A stretch of DNA of 56,734 nucleotides, filler included, from Ionaspis alba (lineage: Eukaryota), in NCBI GenBank assembly GCA_964255285.1. It is 5 parts of 5 records of this genome, joined end to end, with 100 filler letters (N's around TTAATTAATTAA, not from the genome) between each part and the next. Parts side by side here need not be neighbours in the genome. Positions count along the whole stretch, not along the records: positions 11,406 to 22,695 come from CAXUUL010000561.1; positions 22,796 to 34,052 come from CAXUUL010000562.1; 3 more parts are not named here. One strand, given 5' to 3'. Positions 14,501 to 25,684 of this stretch are shown here, piece by piece. The stretch's first letter is position 1; each line of letters opens with the position of its first letter. Under the pieces are notes generated by a model. It saw nothing but the letters and a program-made list of their open reading frames with translations. It did not search any database and was not told where the DNA came from. Both the position numbers and the translations under genes were made by a program.

Positions 14501-16680
14501 GTCACATCTGGGATCAGAGACACTTCTTCGGTCTCTTCATCAGAAAGACCGCCAGTGTCAGTGACCGGCTCGACCTTGACTTCGACAGCAGGAGGAGCTG
14601 CCTGCAATTCCTTCTTAGAGAAGAATCCCATGAGACCGATTTCCTCTTCGTCTGTTTGACTGTTGTCATTATCTTCGTCGTCTTCATCTCCTTTCTCATC
14701 GTCCTCCGAGCCCTCGTCACTATCTCCCATGTCATCGTCCATGTCAGTGCTCTGGTCGCTTTCATTAAGCATATCCTCGTCCATCTCGGACGGATAGGCA
14801 GGCGATGACGACCCGCCATACTTATCAGCCCGTATTAATAGCGGCTTGGTCGATGATTGTTCTCCTTTTATGTCGCGGGCAATGCCTTTTTCATCCTGTC
14901 CTGGAGTCATAGGGTCTCCCGGACCTTCCTCTGGAGGCCGATCAAGGTTCTCAACTGGTAAATTGGCATATTTCCTACGTATTTCTTCAACTGTGAGGAG
15001 ATCGTCCCCGTCTTCAGCTTGCTGTTGCGGCTCCTCTTCGCTTTCCGAATGGCCGGAAGACATGTTCTGCTCTTCTTCGCTATCAGGCTCCGAATCAGCA
15101 TCTGAATAAGAGTTTCCATTACTTTCATGGTCGTCTTCATCGTCTCCAGCGCTAGTGCTTGCACCGGAAGAGTTTCTCCGCCGCCTCTTCTCTAGCAGTT
15201 TTGTAGATTGCTCAAGCGCAACATTCAATGCCTTCTTATCAATGGCTTGCTGTTCCTCTTCCCATTTCATCATGCGGTATCTCTCGACCTCGGCTTTGAG
15301 CATATCGAACTTCCGCACAAGATCTGCCATACACTGCTCGTATTCGGCATGGGCTTGCTCTGTGACATCATCCCGATCCTCTTTTGCAGCCTTTGCTTCA
15401 CGATTGTATCTCCACGTTGCTGCGGCTAGATGAGCCAACTTTCTTGCTGCAGCAACATGATCTCTATGTTCCTTGTTCATCAACTTCCGGAAATACACTG
15501 CATGTGCGATAAGGTGGTCTTGGTGTGCATATTGCTGTGGAGGTTCTTCTTGCGGATCTGGCACGTAGGTAGAGCATCGTTCAGCACTCAGGATACCACC
15601 AGGCTGTGCAGCCTCCAAGATTCGCCGACGGAGTCGAGCCTCTTTCCTGGCCTCCTTGTGTGTAAGACTCTTGGAATCGGAGCCTTCTAGCGGATCATCA
15701 TTTTCAAGCCACTCTCGGAACGAAGAGAACTTTCGAGGTGGTACGACGTGTAGAGGATTTTGTATTGTGACTGTAGGCATGCGCACGTTGAACTTGAGTC
15801 GTTGCGGCTTGAAGTTGGGGTCTATGGGGATGTCCTCGTCCAGCTCGTCCTCTTCGTTGTCGTCTTCTTGTTCATTGTCTTCTTCCTCGTCTTCCTCTTC
15901 GTCCGCGCTTCTGTGCCATCCATTTGTCGTAGCTTTCTCAATGGTTTGACTGGTTTGACTGGGAGTTATGTCTAGAGGGTACTTCCGAGGTCGTCCTACA
16001 CGACGGCGTGCAAGCGGACTTGACGGTTCCCGTGGAGGCGTGGGGCTCTTTGGTGGTTCTGTACGAAATTTCTTCTTGTGCGAGCGTTTCGCCGGTGAAT
16101 CGCACTCTCCAACGCCATTGCTGTTGACACCATTCGCCTTTTGGGGTTTGGTTGGTGATTTGCTGATGGCCTGGCCACTTGGCCTGCCAGCTGACGATAG
16201 AGGGTGTTTGCCATTGCTTTGCGGCTGAGCTGAAGCCGATGTCAAAGATGACGACTTTTGGATCGTTGCGCCACCATATTTGCTCTTGATCGTAGGTGTT
16301 GGTTGCTGAATGGCCGCTCGCGTTTGACGTTTCGAGGATGGAGGTTGCAATTCCAGTGGAATGACATTCGTCCGGGATGATTTTCTCCTTCCACCCTCCA
16401 CAAACGATGTAGGCCCCTCAACTGCAATCCTTTTCCATGGAGGTGAGACTGGCCTTGGTGTTGAGCTTTGCGGAGTGATAGAATCAGTGAGCTTCCTCTT
16501 TTTGGTCGGTGGTCCATCATTGTGATTATGGTGGTGCTCAAGCTCGGAATCTGAATTCTGGTTGGATTGCTGGGTATCTAGAGGCGTGCCATAGTCGTTG
16601 GAGTTGATCGTTGAAATGTCGGCGGCCTCCGATGCTCCATTCCGTTGAAGGTTGTCGTTGTCATCGAGGCCGTTGTGCAT
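11530..16680 (-). CDS. SWR1: SWR1 chromatin-remodelling ATPase (H2A.Z deposition), intronless, 1716 aa
   Basis: AT-hook GRPRK, HSA-like region, GILADEMGLGKTIQT, DEAH, split ATPase with insertion, RLLQYDCGKLQ and QDRCHRIGQTRDVHIYR. Confidence 0.97.
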   Translation of the reverse strand: MHNGLDDNDNLQRNGASEAADISTINSNDYGTPLDTQQSNQNSDSELEHHHNHNDGPPTKKRKLTDSITPQSSTPRPVSPPWKRIAVEGPTSFVEGGRRKSSRTNVIPLELQPPSSKRQTRAAIQQPTPTIKSKYGGATIQKSSSLTSASAQPQSNGKHPLSSAGRPSGQAISKSPTKPQKANGVNSNGVGECDSPAKRSHKKKFRTEPPKSPTPPREPSSPLARRRVGRPRKYPLDITPSQTSQTIEKATTNGWHRSADEEEDEEEDNEQEDDNEEDELDEDIPIDPNFKPQRLKFNVRMPTVTIQNPLHVVPPRKFSSFREWLENDDPLEGSDSKSLTHKEARKEARLRRRILEAAQPGGILSAERCSTYVPDPQEEPPQQYAHQDHLIAHAVYFRKLMNKEHRDHVAAARKLAHLAAATWRYNREAKAAKEDRDDVTEQAHAEYEQCMADLVRKFDMLKAEVERYRMMKWEEEQQAIDKKALNVALEQSTKLLEKRRRRNSSGASTSAGDDEDDHESNGNSYSDADSEPDSEEEQNMSSGHSESEEEPQQQAEDGDDLLTVEEIRRKYANLPVENLDRPPEEGPGDPMTPGQDEKGIARDIKGEQSSTKPLLIRADKYGGSSSPAYPSEMDEDMLNESDQSTDMDDDMGDSDEGSEDDEKGDEDDEDNDNSQTDEEEIGLMGFFSKKELQAAPPAVEVKVEPVTDTGGLSDEETEEVSLIPDVTQVPTPAASSSEAPSIEARKESKELDVSHSTPSTTAVSSDVVAIDSTASVHKPSPLANLTDLNQDRDTDTQSLPATPVSSKPLKTQIPSLLRATLREYQHYGLDWLAGLYANGTNGILADEMGLGKTIQTIALLAHLAEEHQVWGPHLIVVPTSVMLNWEMEFKKFLPGFKILTYYGTQEERKQKRKGWLDNDKWHVCITSYQLVLQDQQTFKRRAWHYLVLDEAHNIKNFRSQRWQALLTFRTRARLLLTGTPLQNNLQELWSLLFFLMPSDSTETGIAGFADRETFANWFKKPVDQILEQGREVMDDESRETVKRLHGVLRPYLLRRLKADVEKQMPGKYEHVVYCKLSKRQRYLYDGFMSRSQTRETLAHGNYLSIINCLMQLRKVCNHPDLFETRQIVTSFAMPKSAVADYEIKELLVRRRLLHVDDMRKVDLEVVNLLPGANGPISALETIQNCRLGALGRLRQLANEQYGRVVPNMPYNGSSVDKTLAYMENNARSSALDHLRHCAYLTSLRSQRRPLFSYTLMERLDMNLLRLPFQPRPKRRSHLSNWFTSISPAMEEMVLTLPRRSDAMQPFIQRFGCITPTVVASDLNALALTEPGIKQIRQAQQIASGDSFHEARMRLSIAFPDKRLLQYDCGKLQRLDALLRTLQAGGHRALIFTQMTKVLDILEQFLNIHGHRYLRLDGATKIEQRQILTERFNNDSRIPVFILSSRSGGLGINLTGADTVIFYDLDWNPAMDKQCQDRCHRIGQTRDVHIYRFVSEYTIEANILRKANQKRMLDDVVIQEGDFTTDYFTKPISKDVLDDDVAMHEGDAEASAAMDRVLGAGNSNGKLAGKIFEQAEDKEDIDAAKNAEKEMVHTDDADFDEKTASGGVGTPKTPGTGQMTPGGGGATGLAVPVDALDGLRKGKPMASWAAEEMLHAEAVVPRTEMSATVFAEKEGVGVDHYLVEFWEWEMRDVPVVGVAERKKKAKKGSEHRVRRVR

Positions 16681-17086
16681 CTCTCGCGCGACAGCACAAA
16701 AAAACCACCTCAGCTAGAGCAGGGACCCCCCAGAGAACAGCCAAATCACACCCAAATCGCCTGATTGTGGCATCAAATGAAAGCTTGGCTCATGGACGAG
16801 TCGCTGTGAAAGTTTGAACAGATTTGCTGTAGATCTGCGTGGTGTAGAGGGCAAAGAGTGCAGTGCGGCACATGTTGTTAAGGATTATTGTTTTTCGCTG
16901 AGGCTTAAATCGCGTGGCCCAAAAAGACATGGGCCAAGACCGGCATTCCCCACCTTACCTCATTCACTTAGATCCGACCACGGCAGGAAGCTACCTCTCT
17001 TCGATCACACCAGAGTGCGTAAACGTCCACGGCCTCAATGTTGTTCAGTCCTTGATGACCATTGATAGCTTCAATATCAGTTCCAG

Positions 17087-17661
17087 ATGCTTCCACGAAG
17101 ACTAGCTGCAACCGCGGCTCGTCCTCTTCTTCGATCCCTTCGAACCACTCCCCGATTCTCCAGACCCCAGATTCGATGCCTCTCCCAAGCTGACATCGAC
17201 GATCCAGATATGGTCCGTAAACCCATTGCTACATCTATTATGCCAGACCTAACCAAGATCTATCTTAGAACGGGGGTTATGTCAACCCTCCTCGGGAAAA
17301 GCGCCAATTCCGCGACCCCTACGCCGATTGGTGGGACAAGCAGGAACGACGCAACTACGGCGAGCCAGTCCATGAAGACAACGACATCCTCGGGATGTTC
17401 GCACTGGAGGAAGATACGCATTTTAAGACGGGTCAGGCGTGGTTCTTGATGGGCTGTTTCATTACTAGTGTGCTTGGGCTGTGTGGGGTCGTGAGCTTGT
17501 ATTATCCGGATAAGCCAAGTGCTCCAAGAACCTTTCCAGATGGGTTGGAGAAAGAGCTGGGAGGACCACGTGCGTTGCTGGTGAGTCTACGGTCTGTGAG
17601 ACGAAAGTGAAGGGACGAGGGACTAACGCGTGTGTAGGCACTAAAGGACGAGGCGGAATGA
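17087..17661 (+). CDS. NDUFB8: Complex I accessory subunit NDUFB8/ASHI (fungal 20.1 kDa subunit), 3 exons
   Basis: Arg-rich mitochondrial presequence, RQFRDPYADWWDKQERRNYGEPVHED and one TM helix. Introns 17213-17268 and 17581-17637; ends ALKDEAE*. Confidence 0.85.
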
Positions 17662-18104
17662 ATGACCACCCGTGGGCTGTATATAGATCTGTTCTGATCC
17701 ATTGGGGCGTTCAATGCATTCTGTTTAACTTTGATCATTCTGTTCACAATGAGCCCTGCCTATCTTGGTACGAGCGATGCAAATATTTTCATTTATACCG
17801 AATCAATTGAGCCGTCAAAATCGACAGGTTGAGCACTGACCTTGAAGACATATACTACCGTAGACTGTTATGCTATTCCCAATACCTGCTCGACCGCTAT
17901 ACCTAATTTTGAGGTGATATCATGCATCCATTCATCCTGAAGCCCCAATATACTAGACCCAACACCAACCAGCTGCTCACAAGATGGGTAATCCTTGACC
18001 TCACCCAAACACCCGCTGAAACGCAAGCATTATTGTACCACATTCTCATCTCCACTCGACCGCAAATGATCCCGGTCTCCCATCCTAGAGATTCCATCAA
18101 TCGA

Positions 18105-21100
18105 TCATCTCCTCGGCAAACTACCCGTCATCCTCCCCCCACCAGCCATTATACTCTGCCTGACAATCATTTCCGCCGCTGCCGCTGCTGCCAGTCTCTC
18201 CTTCTGCCTACTGCGATCTCTCAAATACCGCTCTGCCTCAGGCCTCATTCTCAAAATCCTTAGTATCATATCATCGTTCGGATCGGCCTGCGCCTCCTTC
18301 CTCTTCTCCTCCTTGGCCTTCCTCATCGTCCCCAAATTCCTCGAAAGCATCACACTCTTCGAGCTACGATGGGACTGCGTCCCCAGCAAGCCCGCCGCCC
18401 CACCAAAAGACATGGAAGTCAGGGAGGCGGGAGCCGAAAGCCGGTTGCGTTGCGTTTGCTGGCGGGCGGCGGTGGCAGAGGCCATGCGTTCTGAGGTGCG
18501 GATGAGGGAGTCGGTGGAGTCGAAGTAGAAGAAATTGAGAGTTTTGAGCTCAAAGTATTTTGGTGAGCGGAGAACGTCGAGGGGTACGCCGTTCGCTTCA
18601 CCGGTTTCTTCGTCGACGGCGTGGAAGAAGTCGAAGAGGAGTTGGAGCCATTTGAAGACAATGTCAAGTTCTTGTTGGTTGAGTTGGCGTTGCTGGGAGG
18701 GTTTGTCGGACAGGGGTGGAACGACTAGGGATTCGATGGTTATGAGGACTTCTTTCCAGAGGCGCGTCATGACCATGACCATTGCTGCGCTGGTCAAGGT
18801 TTGGTTCATGATGGCGAAGTTGTCGTCGAAGTAGGTGAACAAGGGCTTGAGGGCGTCTGTGATCTCGACTTGAGTAGGGCCTTGAACAGGTGGTTGAGGT
18901 TTGTTGCGATTGAAGTAGCTCGAGACGGAGGATATGCTGATTCCCTTTGACAGAAGGGTTCGAAGAGCACGTCGGGATAGGCAATGATTGATATATGCCG
19001 AAAGCTAAAGCATGAGATCAGTGTAAGAACTGGGAACTTCATGAATTCGTTGCATGGGAAGCAGGTTGTCTACCTTGTCCGTGATCTTCCTCGTCATATC
19101 CCGTTCCGTTCGCTTCAGCGTTCGGAACGCCTTACCAAAGTAAAACTGAATGTCATCCCGCTCTCCTTCCATACTCACCCTCAGCAACAATCGGCCTTGA
19201 GTATCTAGATCAAGCCAATATTCTCTGGGCATGAAGTCACTGAAATGTGAAGGATCCAGCTTGATAGAAGTACGACCAACACAGTCGTGCTCGCCAAGCG
19301 TGTCCCAGTCCCAGACAGTGGCAATGACATTGAGTGGCCCTTGTGTGGTGATGTCCACGGTCTCGTCCCATCGGGGGTTGAGATTGCCGTATATGATTCT
19401 TGTCTTTGCCAATCGCTTTTGATACTCGTCGCCAAGGACAACATATGGATCACTAAGTCCATTGATATCGCACGCTTTGAGGTCTTCGGCTTCCACGATT
19501 TTGATGGAGAAGACGTAGTTGTTGACCTTGCGTTGTCTTTGGCTTAGAGGCGGTGTATTTCTCTCAATGACATCCACACATGCGTCAACATTGACCTCAC
19601 GCTCGAGCTTGTCGAGCTGTCGAGTTGCGAACTCAATGTTATTGAGTTTGACGAACGACTATGAAAAATAAGTCAGCCCGTGTCAAAGATACAAATTAGG
19701 AGGAGTGGTACCTCGGGAAAGAATTGGAATGGTTCAATCTTATCCTTGTTACTCCAAGCATCTTTAGCAATCTGCATCCACTTCTCTTGCCTAGACTGAT
19801 TTGCTGAAGCCTCTTGTTCAGGAGTCAAACGATCCATCTCTCTGCTGAATCTTGACTCGACAAGCTCACAGTAACGGGCAATGCCTGAGCTCACAATCTT
19901 AGCTAACGCCGTCATGAACTTGGCGTATTGGAGGTCGTTGTCCCAATTCAGTTGCGCAATGCGGTTGATTGTCTGATTGAAGGAGCTGAAGATGTCGATG
20001 ACTGAAACACTGTGCCTTTCGTCTTCGGTAGGAATGTGGCCTGGACCACTCGATCGTATCTTGAAAGCGTCCTGCTTCACAGCTTCTTCTACCCAGCTTC
20101 CCATCATCGACTCTGTCAACTTGATCCATCGCCACACGAAGTCGGCAAGGAGCTCTTCGATATGAAAGGCAAAATCGACACTGACAACGCATCGTTAGTA
20201 GTCATTCTAGATGCGAGCAGGGCCAGTCGTACTCAGGTAGTGCTTCTGCATGTATTCGCCGGATATCCACAAGCTCTCGATACAGATCGAAGCCATCCTC
20301 AACCGGGACCTCCTCTCCTCTCTTCTTTGCTAGCTGCAAGATCCGTGCAACTATGTCTCGAGCGTCTTCAGAAAAGTGAGGCAATACCGTCTCAAGAAGG
20401 CTTGTCAAGGGATTGGCACTATGAAATGATGATCAGTATCATGATTTCAGGAAGAATCAGTAACAACTTACCCGGCGATTTCAGGATTCTTCCGATACCT
20501 CTTTTGTATGCGCTGCGCCAACGCCATGACCGCCTTTCCAAGCTCAATGATATGGTAGAACTCCCAACTCTCCTGGTCCTGTGGCAGGTGCTTCTCGAGA
20601 AGCTCCTTATACATTGCAAAAGCCTTTTCTCTCATACCTTCCCGAAGTTGATTGGAGAAGGCGTCAAGCTCCTCAACAGTCTTTGTAAAGCTGGGGTCGT
20701 CATATATGTGGTGTTCCAGAACATACATGATAGGCCCCACAGAAGGTGGTTTCGATTCGTAGCATTTCAAGGCTATATCGTAAAGGTCTCGTAAAAGTGC
20801 GTCATGTAGTGCTGAAAGAATTTGCTGATTGAGAGCAAAGTCCACCAGTGTCCATCGCGTCCGGTCAAAGAGTATAGAAGTCATGAAATTAGAGTCCTTG
20901 CGGTCATTAGGTAGAGGCTCTTTGATGAACGTAAATGCTGAATCCAATGTCTCGAGGGAAAGCTCCTGGTTGATGAACTTTTCACGAATGACGTCTAGAA
21001 AAAGTACGATTCGTGATACATAAGGTATACGCCAGCGTAGACATATCTCATTAAGCAGCTCTGTCGACTTTTTCGACAGTAATTTGACAGCAGGTGAGTC

Positions 21101-22444
21101 CGATGTGGCATCGGAAGCCATGAGGCTTTCGTCCTTCAGATCATGGGACAGTGCTTGGGACAAGATGAGCCTATAGAAAGCACGTGGGTCTGGAGGTATA
21201 AAGGTAAAGGTGTCGTCTTCCTTGAAGAACTGTGGGCTGTTTTCTACGACTGGACTTATAGCGCCCATATCGATTGGCTGGTCAATCACATAAGATGAGC
21301 CTTCTGAGAGGGATAGCTTTCGCGAGGTTTCGGAGTAGCCGGAATCAGGGGTTTCTGTACCGCCTGCGGTAGGGTTATATTGTGGAGGATGAGAGACGTT
21401 AGTGCTCTTGGCCAGTTCTGGATTTGCCTGTACAATAGCCAACATCATCTGCGAGAGGTCTGGCGCTTCGGCCTTTTTCCATGCTTCATAAGCATCCTCC
21501 ACGTCGAAGTCATCATTCCGGAGTGTCTTGCGGGAATTCAAGCTCAGGAGGCCCTGATAAGTTTTGAGGTCCTGTAAGGCTGCTTTGGGAGTCCAAGAAG
21601 CTCTGTTCTTGTCGATATCAGACTGAACCTGCGAATGTCGGAGGCCAAAGATGGCAGCAACTACCTGGACAAGAGGCATGTCTTTGACCTCGTGGCTGAG
21701 GGGGACTACGACTTCGATGGTGGACATCCCGGCGCCTCCGTTAATCGAAGAGTCTGCGGATAGGTCTTGATCGTGAGCAAGTAGCTTGGCCTCCAGCGTT
21801 GTCAGACGGCTCGAAAGCTCCGGCCTATCTCTTGACCAGTCGTGATCCTTCATTATAAGGCTGATCAGACGCACAAACAGCGCTAGATGTCGGTCCACCA
21901 TCAACTTCCATGTATCATCGGATGCCGCCTTTCCCTTCTGAAGCTCCCTTGTGGCATTCGAGAAGAATATCAGCACGAGGTCTTCAACCCGCCGATCCTT
22001 TTCCATCCGTTTCTTGAAACCCTGTTCCGTGAATGCGTTGAAAAAGGCGGCAAATGTTCTCTTAACAGATGCATCGTTGTACTCAGGTCTTCTCTCTTTC
22101 CCCATAATCACTCCTGTCAAGCGCTTCTCCAATTCCGCCATGAAGCCATGAGGAAACCTTGTGCTCTTGGAATCTCTAAGCAGACTGAAATCCTTCATCA
22201 AGTCTTGTATCGAAGAGGAGGATCTCTGAACGCTTTTCGGAGGAGCGGGAACATGTTGTGTTCGCCGCGCTCGAGGTTGAAGCAGGTAGGAAAGGTAGGC
22301 CACTCGGAGGGCGAAGAGGTAAGCATCGTTAAGTGAGACGATGCGCCTTCGAGGTCGAGAGCCATCTCTAGATGCTCTTCCATTGCTTTGGAGACTATCT
22401 ACCCGGGAGTTGAACGCCATCTTGTTCTGTGAAGTTGTAGACAT
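18105..22444 (-). CDS. Munc13/UNC-13-like protein (MHD1-C2-MHD2; Ync13/YOR296W-like), 5 exons
   Basis: Long helical regions plus a C2 domain (IVEAEDLKACDINGLSDPYVVL..LNPRWDE..VWDWD). Four canonical introns join the ORF-track pieces. Confidence 0.85.
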
Positions 22445-22695
22445 CACTGCGGGCTCTTGCTATGCAGAAGCGAGAAGGCGTTGCGCCGAGCTTTGTAACC
22501 CTGATATTGGTCGACCATGGGCGAAATTGGCTCTGGAGTTATATCATCTGGAATCAAAATACAAGGAACGTCTGTGCATGTTCCAGGTACAGCTTTGTCT
22601 AAGTTGACGTCCATGGAAAGGGAAGGTTCTGGTGGGTGTATCGGTGGACACTTCCGTTTCATCATACCGGCATGCGAGTGCCAAGAGTTCCATAA

Positions 22696-22795
22696 NNNNN
22701 NNNNNNNNNNNNNNNNNNNNNNNNNNNNNNNNNNNNNNNTTAATTAATTAANNNNNNNNNNNNNNNNNNNNNNNNNNNNNNNNNNNNNNNNNNNN
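22696..22795. other. Assembly gap with TTAATTAATTAA linker
   Basis: N-run with embedded linker. Confidence 0.95.
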
Positions 22796-22951
22796 TTCAA
22801 TACATCCTCAATCCCTCTCTTTTTGAAAAGAATCCTATGTACAGTTGAAACTATGTTCTCCCACCAAGATCTGTCAAGAACGAACGTAGCATCCTTATCA
22901 AGCCACCTCCGGACACTTACGTTTCGACCACGCGCCACTTCATCGCGGCAT

Positions 22952-24377
22952 CTACCCGATCGCGGCCACATGGTCTTCGAACAAGCTCTTCCATTCATCG
23001 CCCCCATAGTACACTGTGAACGTATCGTCGGCCGTTTTGCCACCGCTAAGACTATCACCCCACTGCCAGATGAAATCACCCGCAAGACCTTTATCTTTCA
23101 CACTGAGCATGTCGCTCTGCCAAGAAGACTCGACAGCTACATGATTGGCTGGAGAGCCATACTCTTCAAAAATACAGGGCTTGCCCGCAGCAGCGCAAGT
23201 CGCGGCATGGGTGTTGATCCAGGACGTTGCGAAGGAATTCTGCTGGCCCCCTAAGTGGATGTGAGTGTGACTTTCTGAAGGAGAGGGGAAAAGAGGAAGG
23301 AGGCATACAAGCATCCGGATACATGTGATAGGTTCCGAAATCCAAGTTCTCAATGCCCAAATTCCTTTTGAAGTCCACACCTTCGTAAGTTGTAAAGGGG
23401 TAGCTGCCATCGCCGCCTCCGGGCGCCCATCCCTCGTCTCCCAGCGTGACCATATGCTTCTTGTCCAAACTCTTGATATAAGCCGATGTTGTCTTGGCCC
23501 AGTTGTAGATGACATCAGTACTGCAACCACTGCATCTAGCCTCGTTCGCCAACTCCCATGCGAAAATTGCTGGACTATCGAGATAGCGACTCACGACAGC
23601 TTTGATGTAAGTCTGATACTGGGCTTGAATTGCAGAGTTCGTATACCAATCACTGTGCTGCCCACCAAAGAAAGCATTATAAGCAGGCATGCCACCATAG
23701 GCATCCCAATTATTAACAAAATTCACAATCAGCTTGATGCCATGGGCCTCCGCAGACTGTACTGCATAGTCCAATCGCTGGAGGCCATTTGCGCCGGTAT
23801 TGATGACAGGTGCCTGGCCGGGGATGAGGGACTGGAACCAGACGCTGCCAGAGGATGGCGTGCTGGTGACGTCGTTGAAGCCCCAGATACGCAGGACTTT
23901 GATGCCGGTGGAGACGAGGTGGCTGAATACAGTGTCAATGTCGGTGTTCGAGGTCAAGAAACCGAGCCAGTAGGCATTCGTGCCGGCAAAGTATTTGGTC
24001 TCATCATCGATCTTGAAGAGGAGACCATTGGTGGAAGCGATTTTGCCCTTGGACGGGTTTTTGGGAGGCTTGGTCGGCCCCGGGGGTTCTGCTGGAGGAG
24101 ACGTTTTAGGAGGGGTAGGTTTGGTGATTGTTTTCATGGTCGTCGGCGCGGGACCTGGAGAGCTTGAGCTTGGAAGAGATGCAATTGCAAGACCTTCCAA
24201 CTTACTATATCCGCCACTGCCAGGAAGACATTGAGAGTAGTATTGATTCTGCACTTGACATGTTGTTCCTGAGGCACAAGTTGTACCGCCGGCCCAGCCC
24301 TGTCCTCCACATTGGGCGTATATAGGCTGCTGAGCTACTACAGCTGCAGTCAAGGAGAGAATAATAAGATACCTCAT
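22952..24377 (-). CDS. Secreted endo-beta-1,4-mannanase, N-terminal CBM1 plus GH5 (subfamily 7-like)
   Basis: Signal peptide, CBM1 ([30 protein letters not shown]), P/T linker, [22 protein letters not shown] (acid/base), IFEEYG (nucleophile) and WQWGD. One clear intron near 23250-23308. Confidence 0.93.
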
Positions 24378-24534
24378 GCTGAAGAACCTTCACTGAAAGA
24401 AACAGGATTATTTACGTTGACAGCAAGAAATAAGAATGAAGCAGAAGAAGTCCAGTCGATATAGGTCAAGCACGACCGATGCAAGCAAAGAGCGACATGA
24501 GGACGAAAACACAAAAGGACAACCATCTCCCACA

Positions 24535-24576
24535 TATATACCCCTACTCTCTAGAAAAATCCCAATATAGAAGCGG
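24535..24576 (-). promoter_or_regulatory. Mannanase core promoter: TATA box and near-consensus cellulose-response element
   Basis: Minus strand CCGCTTCTATATTGG (one mismatch to CCGN2CCN6GG) about 20 nt upstream of TATATA. Confidence 0.35.
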
Positions 24577-25584
24577 CAAGCACGTCCGAAGAATTTGAGG
24601 ATCAGGGCACCACCAGGTCCGTCACCTAAGACCGGTTGAAGAACATTAGCCGTCAATCTTGGAGAAGGATGACAGGCCATGCCCTGGCATTTCCCCCAGG
24701 TCCACCAACAGATCTCGGGTCCTAGCCGAGGGGCTGGAAACATAACGTGGGCACGGAGGGACGACGCCGGAAAAGATTCAAGACATCGGGACATAGGATG
24801 GACAGAGTAGCCCTAAAGCTGTAAGATCTGCCGGGATATGTGCGAAGGGAGAAGGTCGCGGCCAGGATTCGAAAGAATGCCAGCGTCCATCGCAATGCAT
24901 GTCACAGGGGAATGCTGAGCCGAGGCTGCTTGTGCCAGGCTACAGATTGCCAATCCCCCATATGACTTGCATTAGTACCGATCACAAAGAGTATGTACTA
25001 GGGCGCATCGACTGGAGAGTCTTGCTCTAGAGTATTGCGCATATGCATAGATCAAGTCCAGATTGCGAGAGAAATGCACAAAGCCATATTGAGATGAATA
25101 TTAGCAAATCCACTGGTTAGAGACGAATACCCTTCGTGCCAAGCTAGCTTTCTTTGGCAGTTGCTACATACTCTACGCAGTAGCAACTCGTATGCAGGTC
25201 AGCCGAAGCTAGCCCTCATTGGTGAAACGAAAGCGTACGGCCCGGCAGCTCGAAAGGGAAAGCGAATCTCGGGGTACTGATCGACAGGGCACCATGAAGT
25301 CATTTCGCGAGATTGGAAGGAGGGACGGGATGTGTATAAGTAAGACACCGAGGAAGCGTTATTCTCCATGGGAAAGGGAAGGAAGAAGAGGGAGAGGATG
25401 GTACAGAGGTACGCAATCATTAATGGCACAGCCTTGGGTGACTAAGGCACAATCCTTGGTAGGCGTGATAGCAGCTCTTGCCCGGCTTGAGCTTGGATGC
25501 ATGACCTTGTAGGTTGCAAACTACGTGGCGCGCGGCAGACAATCTTTGGGTTGTACTTTAAGATTGTTGCTGGGGACTGTGATG

Positions 25585-25684
25585 NNNNNNNNNNNNNNNN
25601 NNNNNNNNNNNNNNNNNNNNNNNNNNNNNNNNNNNNNNNNNNNNNNNNNNNNNNNNNNNNNNNNNNNNNNNNNNNNNNNNNNNN
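25585..25684. other. Assembly gap (100 N)
   Basis: N-run. Confidence 0.95.

Noticed and set aside
11568..16228. Many plus-strand ORFs opposite SWR1
   Set aside because: Antisense shadows of a long coding sequence with no independent motifs.
20012..20794. 260-aa plus-strand ORF
   Set aside because: Antisense to the Munc13-like gene with no recognisable protein features.
23325..24167. 280-aa plus-strand ORF
   Set aside because: Antisense shadow of the GH5 mannanase.
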